Assembly: GCA_963737065.1 (NCBI GenBank)
Contig: CAVTRC010000002.1
Span: 64,001 to 128,000, forward strand
Source of the DNA: Candidatus Eremiobacteria bacterium
GTDB lineage: Bacteria; Vulcanimicrobiota; Vulcanimicrobiia; Vulcanimicrobiales; Vulcanimicrobiaceae
Length of the DNA: 64,000 bases
Reading direction: 5' to 3'
Shown: positions 1 through 8,499 of the stretch, piece by piece
How positions within the stretch are numbered: position 1 is the stretch's first letter
Layout of the letters: each line of letters starts with the position of its first letter
The notes under the pieces: generated by a model
Told to the model about the DNA's origin: nothing
Databases searched by the model: none
Seen by the model: the letters and a program-made list of their open reading frames with translations, nothing else
Translations under genes and position numbers: made by a program

Positions 1-461
1 ACAATCCGATGACGAATCAATACCTCGGCGACGGCGTTTGCGATGTGTCGGAACTTCAGGCGCTCGGCGTGCCGATGGGACTCGGAACCGACGCGGACGT
101 GAAACCTTCGCTCATTGATGAGATGCGCGCCGCGTCGCTGCTGCAGAAGCTCGCGCGCACCGACGGCAGCGCGCTGGGCGCGCGCACCGCATTCGACCTC
201 GCGACGGCGCAGGGCGCCCGCACGCTCGGGCTGGATGCAGGCGACCTCACCGTAGGAAACGCGGCGGATTTTCTCGTGCTGGACGCCTCTGCGATCGATC
301 CGTGGACGCCGGAGGTCAACGGAGTCGTCTATCGTGGGCAAGATAGCTGGGTACAGGCCGCGTTCGTCGGCGGCGCCCGCGTATATACGGGGGAACGATC
401 GCCGATCGCGCGCTTGGCGCAGCAGAAGCTGAAGGAGATAACGCAACGTGTCATTCCGTAA
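1..461 (+). CDS. Amidohydrolase family metal-dependent deaminase, C-terminal part (gene starts before the window)
   Basis: GLGTD metal-ligand motif, AT-x2-GA-x2-LG and G-x-L-x2-G-x2-AD motifs typical of the amidohydrolase C-terminus; frame is open to the window edge. Confidence 0.8.
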   Translation, partial: NPMTNQYLGDGVCDVSELQALGVPMGLGTDADVKPSLIDEMRAASLLQKLARTDGSALGARTAFDLATAQGARTLGLDAGDLTVGNAADFLVLDASAIDPWTPEVNGVVYRGQDSWVQAAFVGGARVYTGERSPIARLAQQKLKEITQRVIP

Positions 462-870
462 TCTGCTTGCAGTGACCGCCCTCGTTGCACTCGCAGCGTG
501 CGGCGGCGGAAATAACCAGTCCTCGTCGGGAAGTACCACCGAGTCGAGCAACGGCAGGATGACCGGTGGATCCACGCATCGCTCGTCGCATTCGGCTGCA
601 AACGAGCCGATGAGCGGAATGAACGCGTCCGGCGACGCGATGGCGCCCGGCACGCCGGCGACCGTTCCGCCCGGAGTATCGTGCGGCGCCGTACACCCTG
701 TATGGGTCAATACGAAGACGCACGTCTATCACGAGCCGAGCGACCCGTTTTACGGGCGCACCAAGCACGGCGAGTACATGTGTCCGTCGCAAGCAGCGAG
801 AGAAGGTTATCATAGAGCCGGCGGCGCCAAACATCGCTCAGCGTCGAGTAGCGACTCAACAGAGCAATAG
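448..870 (+). CDS. Small lipoprotein with low-complexity linker and C-terminal Cys/His domain
   Basis: Signal peptide with lipobox LAAC; Ser/Gly-rich linker; C-terminal VWVNTKTHVYH...YGRTKHGEYMC...EGYH domain. Confidence 0.7.
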   Translation: MSFRNLLAVTALVALAACGGGNNQSSSGSTTESSNGRMTGGSTHRSSHSAANEPMSGMNASGDAMAPGTPATVPPGVSCGAVHPVWVNTKTHVYHEPSDPFYGRTKHGEYMCPSQAAREGYHRAGGAKHRSASSSDSTEQ

Positions 871-883
871 TCGCGCCGAGTGG

Positions 884-1675
884 TTACGCGAGCAGTTCGC
901 GCAACGCGCGCATGAATGGTCCGAAACGCGCGTTGTGTTCGTCGGTGCTTGCCAATCCGGTGTACACGACGACGATATAGCTCTCGCCTTGTGGCGTCCA
1001 GAGGATGCCGCCATCGTGGGTGACGTCGCTCGTGTCGCCGGTCTTATGCGCGAAACGGTCGCCTTCGCGCAAGCCTTTCGACAATTTGTCGTTCCAATAC
1101 TGACGTGCGAGCGCGCCACGCAGCAGATCGCTGTGCGGAACGCGATCGAGCGCGATGTCCTCGAAGAGTTTTGCGGCATCGCTCGCGGGATGCGTGTTGC
1201 GGTGCACGCCGTCCCAGCCCGGATCGTCGATCAACGGTTCGCTTCCGGAAAGCTTGCGGTGAAAGGCCGTCTGTAGTAATCCGAAGCGTTGCGCGATAAT
1301 GCGCGTTGCGCGTTCGCGTCCCACCACGTCGAAGAGGACGTTCGTCGCGACATTATCCGAACGCGAAATCGCAAGCTCGCACAACTGATCGATGCGCGCC
1401 CAGTATCCCGGCACGAGCGGAGACGGCGCGTCGTTGTAGGTCATGTTCGCGCGCGAGATCTCGACGCGATCCGTGACGTTCATCCGGCCGTCCGCCGCGA
1501 GCGCCATCGCCGCTGCCGCGAGCGGCGTTTTGATCATGCTGGCGGGATAAAGGTCGCGATCCGGCTCGTACGACGCGGACCAGCCACGTGCCGGCGAGCT
1601 GACGAGGATGGAAAATGGCGCGAGGTCATGCTCTTGACCGAGCCGGCTAAGATCCGCGGCGGTTACGGGCCGCAT
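884..1675 (-). CDS. Class A beta-lactamase-like serine hydrolase
   Basis: SMIK (SxxK), SDN and KTG motifs in the correct order; no clear signal peptide. Confidence 0.8.
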   Translation of the reverse strand: MRPVTAADLSRLGQEHDLAPFSILVSSPARGWSASYEPDRDLYPASMIKTPLAAAAMALAADGRMNVTDRVEISRANMTYNDAPSPLVPGYWARIDQLCELAISRSDNVATNVLFDVVGRERATRIIAQRFGLLQTAFHRKLSGSEPLIDDPGWDGVHRNTHPASDAAKLFEDIALDRVPHSDLLRGALARQYWNDKLSKGLREGDRFAHKTGDTSDVTHDGGILWTPQGESYIVVVYTGLASTDEHNARFGPFMRALRELLA

Positions 1676-1712
1676 GTAAGCTTATGCTCCGCTTCTTAGT
1701 AGCTATCCGCGC

Positions 1713-1776
1713 TGCAAGTACGTACTTGCACGCGTGGTGCCGGTATGGTATCCTCTGCGTGCAAGTACGTACTTGC
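1713..1776 (+). promoter_or_regulatory. Sigma70-type promoter flanked by two palindromic operators (probable TetR sites)
   Basis: TGCAAGTACGTACTTGCA at 1713-1730 and GCAAGTACGTACTTGC at 1761-1776; -35 TTGCAC 1726-1731, 17-nt spacer, extended -10 TGgTATCCT ending 1754. Confidence 0.8.
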
Positions 1777-1800
1777 GTTCTCCCAAAATGAGTGATCTAC

Positions 1801-2076
1801 ATGCAGTCGATCGTCTTTGAGTACCGTCCTGCCGCGTTCGATGCCTTGCAGGCTGCCGTTACGACCGCGTTTGAGACCGGTGCGCGGCGCGTCGTGCTCG
1901 ATCTGGATGTCCTTCCCCGTTTGGACACCGATGCCGTCCGCGGGCTGATTACGCTTCTGCGCCGCGCGCGCGAGCTGGGAGGCGAAGTCGCCCTTCAGGT
2001 CACGCGCCCGGAACTGCTGCGCACGCTCAATGCCCTTGCCCTCGACCGGCTCTTTCCGATGGTGGCTGCTGCATGA
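1801..2076 (+). CDS. STAS domain protein (anti-sigma antagonist / MlaB-like)
   Basis: RVVLDLDVLPRLDTDAVRGL...GGEVAL...LDRLFP matches the STAS pattern; ATGA overlap with the next gene. Confidence 0.8.
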   Translation: MQSIVFEYRPAAFDALQAAVTTAFETGARRVVLDLDVLPRLDTDAVRGLITLLRRARELGGEVALQVTRPELLRTLNALALDRLFPMVAAA

Positions 2077-2756
2077 TCCGCCTCGCGCTTGCATTCGGCG
2101 GCGCGATGTTGTTCGCCGTCGTGGCTCAGGCTCGAGCGCAAGCGCCGTCAGCTTCGCCCAGCACGCTGCCGCCACCGGCATCGGCACATGCCGTCATCGA
2201 ACGGATGGTGGGTCGCAATCCCTCGCTGAACTCATACACGGCGCGCGTGCACGTCGATTTGCACATGCTGAACTTCCCTTGGCTCTCGCCGAAACTCGAC
2301 GGCACGTCGTACTTCAAGCGTCCGAGTCACAACGAGGTCGTTTTCGACCGCGTGCCTTCGTACGCGAAAGGGTTCCAAAAGCTCTTCAATGACATCGGCG
2401 ATCCCCTCTCGTGGGAAGCGCTTTGGAACGTCGAGGACAAGGGGCTCGTCAAAGTCGACGGCTACGCGCATCCGTTGATCGAGTTGTTTATGACGAAAAA
2501 GGTCTACAGCGATCAAACCGCGGACGCAGTCGCGTACGTCGATCCGGCGTCGTACGAATTGCTCCAGATGCAATGGGACTATCGGAGCGGCGGGAAGATC
2601 ATCATGCGCCAGTCGTATCGCGACCAGGGTCCCTACAGCGTCGTCGGAGCGCAGCACGTCGAGATCAACATTCCGCACGTTCATGCCGTCGGCGACTCGC
2701 AGTTCTCGACCTATCAAACCAACGTCGCCGTCGATGACTCGGTGTTCAAGAAATGA
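2073..2756 (+). CDS. Exported hypothetical protein, possibly LolA-like fold
   Basis: N-terminal signal peptide; beta-rich sequence; C-terminal NVAVDDSVF resembles the LolA-like family ending. Confidence 0.6.
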   Translation: MIRLALAFGGAMLFAVVAQARAQAPSASPSTLPPPASAHAVIERMVGRNPSLNSYTARVHVDLHMLNFPWLSPKLDGTSYFKRPSHNEVVFDRVPSYAKGFQKLFNDIGDPLSWEALWNVEDKGLVKVDGYAHPLIELFMTKKVYSDQTADAVAYVDPASYELLQMQWDYRSGGKIIMRQSYRDQGPYSVVGAQHVEINIPHVHAVGDSQFSTYQTNVAVDDSVFKK

Positions 2757-3370
2757 TCGACGCGGAACGCCAAACCGACGGTATAAGGACGCAAGCCGAT
2801 CAAACGCGCGAACGCATCGTCGCGGCCGCGCGAGACGTCATCGCGCGCAAAGGCAAACGCGGCGCGACGACACGAGAAATTGCCGACTTGGCCGGCGTGA
2901 ACGAGGCAACGCTTTTCCGGCACTTTGGAAACAAAGAATCGCTTATTATCGCGGTCGCCAAGGCCTCGTGCCCGGACACCAAACTACGCGATGTTGTTTC
3001 ACGGTTGCAGGGCCCGATCGAAAGCGACCTTTACGCCATCGGCGTTGCAATGGTCGAACATTTGGAGTCGATGATCGATATGGTGCGCTGGTCGCTCGTC
3101 GAAACCGATTACGAAAACAGCATTTTTTCGAAAGAAGCGTGGCGGCCTCAAACGGCCGTGCGGCAGGTTATCATCGAGTATCTTGCTTCCCAAGTTCAAG
3201 CCGGTGCGATCTGCGGAAACCCTGACGATCTTGCGGCGGTCTTCATGGGGATGATCTTCTCGCGTACGGTGGCGCGTGAGAAATTCCCGGAGTCGCGCCT
3301 GTTCGTCGATACCGACTATGCTATCCGTCTTTTCGTAGACGTTTTCCTCAACGGCGCAAGGAGCAAGTAA
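2753..3370 (+). CDS. TetR/AcrR family transcriptional regulator
   Basis: ATTREIADLAGVNEATLFRHFGNKESL helix-turn-helix. Confidence 0.93.
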   Translation: MIDAERQTDGIRTQADQTRERIVAAARDVIARKGKRGATTREIADLAGVNEATLFRHFGNKESLIIAVAKASCPDTKLRDVVSRLQGPIESDLYAIGVAMVEHLESMIDMVRWSLVETDYENSIFSKEAWRPQTAVRQVIIEYLASQVQAGAICGNPDDLAAVFMGMIFSRTVAREKFPESRLFVDTDYAIRLFVDVFLNGARSK

Positions 3371-4644
3371 TGAATACCCGCGAGGTAGAGCAACAGAAAA
3401 CCGCACCGCCGGACACTCCGCCGAACGGTCGCGCCACTGAACCGGTCGTCGAGGAAGCAGTAGAAGAACGAAGCGGTGTTCGCAAGCGCTATATTTTCGG
3501 CGCCATCGGCGTCATCGTGGCAGTCTTGCTCATTATCTGGGGCATCAAATGGTATGCCTATGCGCGCGTTCACGAGGGGACCGATGACGCCCGCGTCGAC
3601 GCCGACGTGGTCGCTGTGACGAGCAAGATCAACGAACGCATCGACAAGATTCTCGTCGACACCAACGACCCCGTCAAGAAAGGGCAACTCCTCGTCGTTC
3701 TCGACGATGCCGTCGAGCGCGATCAAGTGCGCAGCGCGCAAGCACAGTACGATTTGGCGATGGCGAACGTGCGCACGACGACGGCACAAGGCACGGGCGG
3801 CGTGACGCAAGCGCAAGCCGACGTTACGAATGCCGCCGCGCAGGTCCCGGTCGCGCAATCAGGGGTTGCGCAAGCCGAGGCGTCGCTCCGCGTCGCGCAG
3901 GCACAGGTTCCGTCTGCACAAGCCGCATACGATCGCTCACTGGCCGACTATAATCGCGCCGCCTCACTGGTAAAAACCGGCGACGTGGCGCGGTCGCAAC
4001 TCGACGCAGCGCGCGCGAACCTTGCGAGCGCCGCCGCGCAACTGCGTAGCGCGGAAGATCAAGTTTCGAGCGCGCAAGCGAACGTCGCCGCCGCACAAAG
4101 TAAAGTTGGTGCTGCGCGAGCGCAAGTGACTGCAGCGCAAGGCGGCGTGACGACCGCGCAAGGTAAGCTCGACCAGTATACCGATCCCAGCCAAGTACAA
4201 GCGGCGAAAGCACAGCTCGGGATTGCGAAGCAGAACCTGGCCTACACGCACATCCATTCGCCGATCGACGGATACGTCGGACAGAAGAGTGCGGAAGTTG
4301 GACAGACGGTTGGAGCCGGTTCGACGATTCTCACGCTCGTCCCGAACGGTCCGCATCAGATCTACATCACCGCGAACTACAAAGAAACGCAGATGAAGGA
4401 TATGCGCGTGGGGCAGCCCGTCGACATTCACGTCGATGCGTACAACGCCACGTTCCACGGGCACGTAGCGTCGATAAACCCGGCGTCGCAGAACACGTAC
4501 GCGCTGGTTCCCGCGCAAAATGCGACGGGGAACTTCGTCAAGGTCACGCAGCGTATTCCGGTTCGTATCAACGTTGACGAGTTGAATTCGAATCAACCAT
4601 TGCGCCCGGGTATGAGCGTAGAGACGTACGTGAAGGTTCGCTAA
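3370..4644 (+). CDS. emrA: EmrA/HlyD family periplasmic adaptor protein
   Basis: TM anchor, TDDA motif, long coiled coil, ANYKETQ and NATGNFVKVTQRIPVRI motifs. Confidence 0.92.
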   Translation: MNTREVEQQKTAPPDTPPNGRATEPVVEEAVEERSGVRKRYIFGAIGVIVAVLLIIWGIKWYAYARVHEGTDDARVDADVVAVTSKINERIDKILVDTNDPVKKGQLLVVLDDAVERDQVRSAQAQYDLAMANVRTTTAQGTGGVTQAQADVTNAAAQVPVAQSGVAQAEASLRVAQAQVPSAQAAYDRSLADYNRAASLVKTGDVARSQLDAARANLASAAAQLRSAEDQVSSAQANVAAAQSKVGAARAQVTAAQGGVTTAQGKLDQYTDPSQVQAAKAQLGIAKQNLAYTHIHSPIDGYVGQKSAEVGQTVGAGSTILTLVPNGPHQIYITANYKETQMKDMRVGQPVDIHVDAYNATFHGHVASINPASQNTYALVPAQNATGNFVKVTQRIPVRINVDELNSNQPLRPGMSVETYVKVR

Positions 4645-4714
4645 GGATTCACGTTTCCGTGAACCGGTTGCGGTCAGCCTCCGGCCGATCCGTCTGCCGC
4701 TAGCGAGGAACATC

Positions 4715-4887
4715 ATGCAAAGTCGTAGCGTGGCCGAATTCGGCTTACGCAAGGTCATCGTGAGCGTCGCGGTCATCGCCGCAACGCTGGTCGAGATCAT
4801 CGATACGCCATCGTCACCGCCGCTCTTGCACCATTGGTTCTGTTGTTGAAGAAAACGCGATTGGGCCGTCCGATCGCGGCGGAATAA
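4715..4887 (+). pseudogene. emrB: EmrB/DHA2 MFS transporter remnant: N-terminal 31 codons joined out of frame to the C-terminal 26 codons
   Basis: RBS GAGGA then MQSRSVAEFGLRKVIVSVAVIAATLVEIIDT (DHA2 TM1 motif); another frame continues AIVTAALAPLVLLLKKTRLGRPIAAE-stop; lies between emrA and tolC. Confidence 0.8.
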
Positions 4888-4900
4888 ATAGGAGTCGCTC

Positions 4901-6640
4901 GTGAAAACACGGAGTCTTGCCGCACTGTTCTTCTGTGCAGCGTTTGTCGCAGCGCCGCTCATTACGCCGGCGCAGCAATATCCGCCGCGTAAGGCGCCGG
5001 TGTTACCGTCGCCCGCAAGCGTTCCGACACCGGCGCCGTCCCCCGTTACACCGGCCGTGCCCGCGGTGGGCCCGGGATATAAGGCGCGCAACGTGCAGCC
5101 CGCCAGCGCCAATGTGGTCGGAGTGACGCAACAGCCGTTCGTCGGTATCGCGCTCAACGACGCGATCGCGATGGCGCTCGCGCGTAATCCGAACCTCGCT
5201 ATTTCTGCGGCCAACGCGCGTATCGCCGGTTACAACATTCAAGCGGCGAACGGCGCGTACGACGTGAGGTTCTTCATCAATCCGAGCGTGAGCCACACCG
5301 AAAGCGCGCCGGAAAACGCGTTCTTCTCGGGACCGGGCTTCGGACCGGTCGTCCAGAACACGCAGCAGATCCAAGCGGGCATTCAGGGACAGTTGGCGTC
5401 CGGGACGCAATACAACATCAATCTTACAAACCAAAAAATCGACAACAACACGATCATCAACGCGTTCAATCCCTGGTGGACGTCCTCGTTCAACGTTTCC
5501 GTCACGCAGCCGCTCCTGCGCAACGGCGGTCCGGGAAACGATACACGGCGCCAAATCCAACTCGCGATTTTGAACCAACAAGGAACGACCGCGCAAACAC
5601 TCGCGAGCGTGTCGTCGACGGTTGCGAGCGTTGAAGATGCGTACTGGGAACTCGTCGCGGCATGGCGCAACGTCGCGATTCAAGAAGACGCGCTTCGCTC
5701 AGCCGTGTCGCAGCAACAGAGCAACGTTCGTTTAGCGCGCCATGGCGAAGGAGCACCGATCGACGCGGTGGCTGCCGCTACACAAGTCGGCACATATCAA
5801 AACAGCGTTTTCTCCGCGCTGCAGAACGTATCCGCGCTGCAGAATCAATTGAAATCGCTCGTACTCGACGACCCCGGCGATCCGATTTGGCGCGCGAATC
5901 TGATGCCGACGAGCTCGCTCGAACAAGCGCCGGCAGAGCCGTCGCTCGACGAACTCCTGTCCTCCGCGATGCAACACCGCCCGGAACTCGCGCAGGCCGC
6001 CGCGCAGCGCGAGCAGGCTGCGCTCAACCTGCGGTATGCGAAAAACCAGCTGCTGCCGCAAGTCGATCTCCAGGTGCAATATCAGGGTAACGGCTTTGCC
6101 GGCAACGCGCTTCCGCCCCTCGGCGGAGCGTTCGGCAACGCAACGCCGCCGCCGTACTTGGACGGCACGCTCGGACAAGCATACGCGAACATCGGCAAAT
6201 TTCCGACCTACACTGCGGGCGTCAATATCTCTGCGCCGATCGGAAACGACGCCGCGAAAGCTGATTACGCCGCGGCCAAAGAGCGAGAACGCATCGCGAA
6301 CCTCACCACGCAGAACGTCGATCAGCGGATTCTCTTCGACGTTAGAAACGCATTACAAGATTTTGAATCCGCACAGGCACGTCTGTACGCGGCGCGGCAA
6401 GCGCGCGAAGCGCAGCAGCAAGTCTACGCAAGCGAAGTGCGCAAATTCCGTAACGGCGAGTCGACGACGTTCCTCGTGAACCAGCAACGCATTACGCTCG
6501 TGCAAACGGAGGGAACCGAACTCCAAGCACAAACGGATTTCGACAAAGCTGTGGTCGAGCTGAGCAGTGCCGATGGAACGATTCTAAGCGCGAACAACGT
6601 TAAAATACAGACGTTGGGTGAAGGAGCACTAAAACCATGA
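4901..6640 (+). CDS. TolC family outer membrane efflux protein
   Basis: Signal peptide, AIAMALARNP, QPLLRNGG, AYWELV, LLPQVDL and KFRNGESTTF motifs of OEP repeats. Confidence 0.9.
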   Translation: MKTRSLAALFFCAAFVAAPLITPAQQYPPRKAPVLPSPASVPTPAPSPVTPAVPAVGPGYKARNVQPASANVVGVTQQPFVGIALNDAIAMALARNPNLAISAANARIAGYNIQAANGAYDVRFFINPSVSHTESAPENAFFSGPGFGPVVQNTQQIQAGIQGQLASGTQYNINLTNQKIDNNTIINAFNPWWTSSFNVSVTQPLLRNGGPGNDTRRQIQLAILNQQGTTAQTLASVSSTVASVEDAYWELVAAWRNVAIQEDALRSAVSQQQSNVRLARHGEGAPIDAVAAATQVGTYQNSVFSALQNVSALQNQLKSLVLDDPGDPIWRANLMPTSSLEQAPAEPSLDELLSSAMQHRPELAQAAAQREQAALNLRYAKNQLLPQVDLQVQYQGNGFAGNALPPLGGAFGNATPPPYLDGTLGQAYANIGKFPTYTAGVNISAPIGNDAAKADYAAAKERERIANLTTQNVDQRILFDVRNALQDFESAQARLYAARQAREAQQQVYASEVRKFRNGESTTFLVNQQRITLVQTEGTELQAQTDFDKAVVELSSADGTILSANNVKIQTLGEGALKP

Positions 6641-6762
6641 CGTATCGGAAAGCACGGATACGCAGGCTGAGTCCGCTCGCGTACCGCAAGCTGCAAGAAC
6701 GCAGCGCGGTGCTGTACGGCCGTGAACTGGAACGCTGGAACAGCAGAGCGCCGTTGTGGTAG
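6637..6762 (+). CDS. Putative 41-aa basic small protein
   Basis: ATGA overlap with the tolC stop; AAGGAG at 6621-6626; MTYRKARIRRLSPLAYRKLQERSAVLYGRELERWNSRAPLW. Confidence 0.45.
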   Translation: MTYRKARIRRLSPLAYRKLQERSAVLYGRELERWNSRAPLW

Positions 6763-6796
6763 CCGCTTCGTTTGAGCTAAAGTCGCTCGCGTAGCT

Positions 6797-7522
6797 TCAG
6801 CCGGCCGCCGCTCGGTCAACGAGCCAAACGAGTCGTCCATCGTGCGGAGCGATGATCTGCGAGGGAAATTTCGTAGCGTCGTCCGCGCCGTCTCGAACTT
6901 CTTTGAGCACGCCGGCTTTGCCGGCACCCTCGGCGGCAAAGACGATCGTGCGCGCGTTGTTCAGTACGCGAGGCGTCAGCGTTATGCGCCACTGTTGGTG
7001 TGACGTCGAATAGACGGCGCGCGCGAGCATGTCGTCGGCCTCGAGCGGATCGTTTCCGGGAAACAACGATGCGGTGTGTCCGTCCGGTCCCATGCCGAGC
7101 ATCACAAGATCGAAGCGCGGTGCTTCGCCGAGCTCGTTCACGATTTCCGCGCGATACGCCGAGGCCGCGTCGACCGGATCTGCTTCGCCATCGATGCGGT
7201 GGACGTTTGGCGCCGGAATTCCGACCTTGGAAAGAAATGCGTCGTTCGCCATTTTATAGTTCGACTGTGCATCACCCGGCGGCACGCACCGCTCGTCGCC
7301 AAAGAAGATCTCGACTTTATTCCAGTCGAGCATCGACGCGTAGGGCGGCGTAGCAAGCAATTCGTATGCCGCCTTCGGCGTCGTTCCGCCTGAGAGTGAC
7401 ACCGCGAAGCGTCCGCGCGCATCGATTGCGCCTTCTCCGCAACGAATAAAAAGATCGGCGAGCGCCTTCGCGACGTCCGCCGGTGTGTCGAAAACGAAGA
7501 TGTCGCCCTTTTCTCGTGTCAT
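6797..7522 (-). CDS. pgl: 6-phosphogluconolactonase
   Basis: LSGGTTP, FGDERCVP, SNY and LGMGPDGHTASLFP motifs. Confidence 0.95.
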   Translation of the reverse strand: MTREKGDIFVFDTPADVAKALADLFIRCGEGAIDARGRFAVSLSGGTTPKAAYELLATPPYASMLDWNKVEIFFGDERCVPPGDAQSNYKMANDAFLSKVGIPAPNVHRIDGEADPVDAASAYRAEIVNELGEAPRFDLVMLGMGPDGHTASLFPGNDPLEADDMLARAVYSTSHQQWRITLTPRVLNNARTIVFAAEGAGKAGVLKEVRDGADDATKFPSQIIAPHDGRLVWLVDRAAAG

Positions 7523-8499
7523 GCGTGCTTCCGGTCGAGGATTAGCTTCGCCATGGCAAGGGATTCAAGGAAGATCTCGTCTTGAGCGTTCGTGAGAATC
7601 GCGCGCTCGATGAGGGAAGCGATATCGAGCGTATGCAGGGGCGCGCAACGCACGGCGCGCTCTTTGGCGCCCGCAACTTGCAAGCATACCGCTTCCGGAT
7701 CCGTTTCCGTTACCGATGCGGTGAACGTAACGTCCTTCGATGTGAGGACAACGCTCGACAAACGGCGCGCCGTGCCTTCTCGTTGCACGCAAAACCGGAC
7801 CGTCTCGCCGAGGGCGTTACACATCTCATCGGGCGCGCACGGCGTCCACTCGAGGCGGCTCGCAAGCCATCCGAGCAGATAGTACATTTCCGGGTCCGAC
7901 CCGCCGGTAATGCGGACCTCACACAACTGCGCGAGTTCGACGAGGAACTCGGGTTCGTCAAAGAACTCGGCGATCAACTCTTGCCACGCGGTCAGACGCA
8001 AATACGCAACGTCTTGGACGAGAATCGCCGGGTGACGTTCAACAAACGCGACGAGATCCCGCAAAGCCGTTGTATCCGGATCGATCACCGACGTGCTGAC
8101 GACCACGGTGTTGGCGACGTTCGCAAGAGCGACGAAACGCTCGTCGTGCTCGATTTCCATTCCGACCCATGCAAGAACGATCGGGGCTTCCGCAAGCGCG
8201 AGCAGCGAAAGCGCGCTAGCGAGTTGTGCAGCGCTGCTTCCCTTGACGCCCACGTCGACCCATTCGCCGCGCGTCATCGACGGCTCCGCATGCTGATCGC
8301 CTTCGCTTTTCGTTCCATCGAACATCAGCACGCGCGACGGATGCTTTTCCGCAATTGCGCGCGTACGCTGGACGACCCACGATGCTATCGCCGGAGTTTC
8401 GAAGAACACCGCGAGCGTCATCGTCGCAGCTTTCATCGCGCCCTCGCTCGTGCGCGCGGCGCTGAGCTCTTCGACGATGGGATGAACGTCGAGGCTCAC
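7519..8499 (-). CDS. opcA: Glucose-6-phosphate dehydrogenase assembly protein OpcA
   Basis: HPSRV, LTAWQELIAEFFD and LLGWLASRLEW motifs; lies between zwf and pgl; GTG start overlaps the zwf stop (start inferred). Confidence 0.85.
   Translation of the reverse strand: MSLDVHPIVEELSAARTSEGAMKAATMTLAVFFETPAIASWVVQRTRAIAEKHPSRVLMFDGTKSEGDQHAEPSMTRGEWVDVGVKGSSAAQLASALSLLALAEAPIVLAWVGMEIEHDERFVALANVANTVVVSTSVIDPDTTALRDLVAFVERHPAILVQDVAYLRLTAWQELIAEFFDEPEFLVELAQLCEVRITGGSDPEMYYLLGWLASRLEWTPCAPDEMCNALGETVRFCVQREGTARRLSSVVLTSKDVTFTASVTETDPEAVCLQVAGAKERAVRCAPLHTLDIASLIERAILTNAQDEIFLESLAMAKLILDRKHA

Noticed and set aside
884..1675. Antibiotic resistance beta-lactamase
   Set aside because: Motifs are present but there is no signal peptide; the family includes many non-resistance serine hydrolases
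3730..4240. Repeat element inside emrA
   Set aside because: Ala/Gln heptad coiled coil, normal for periplasmic adaptors
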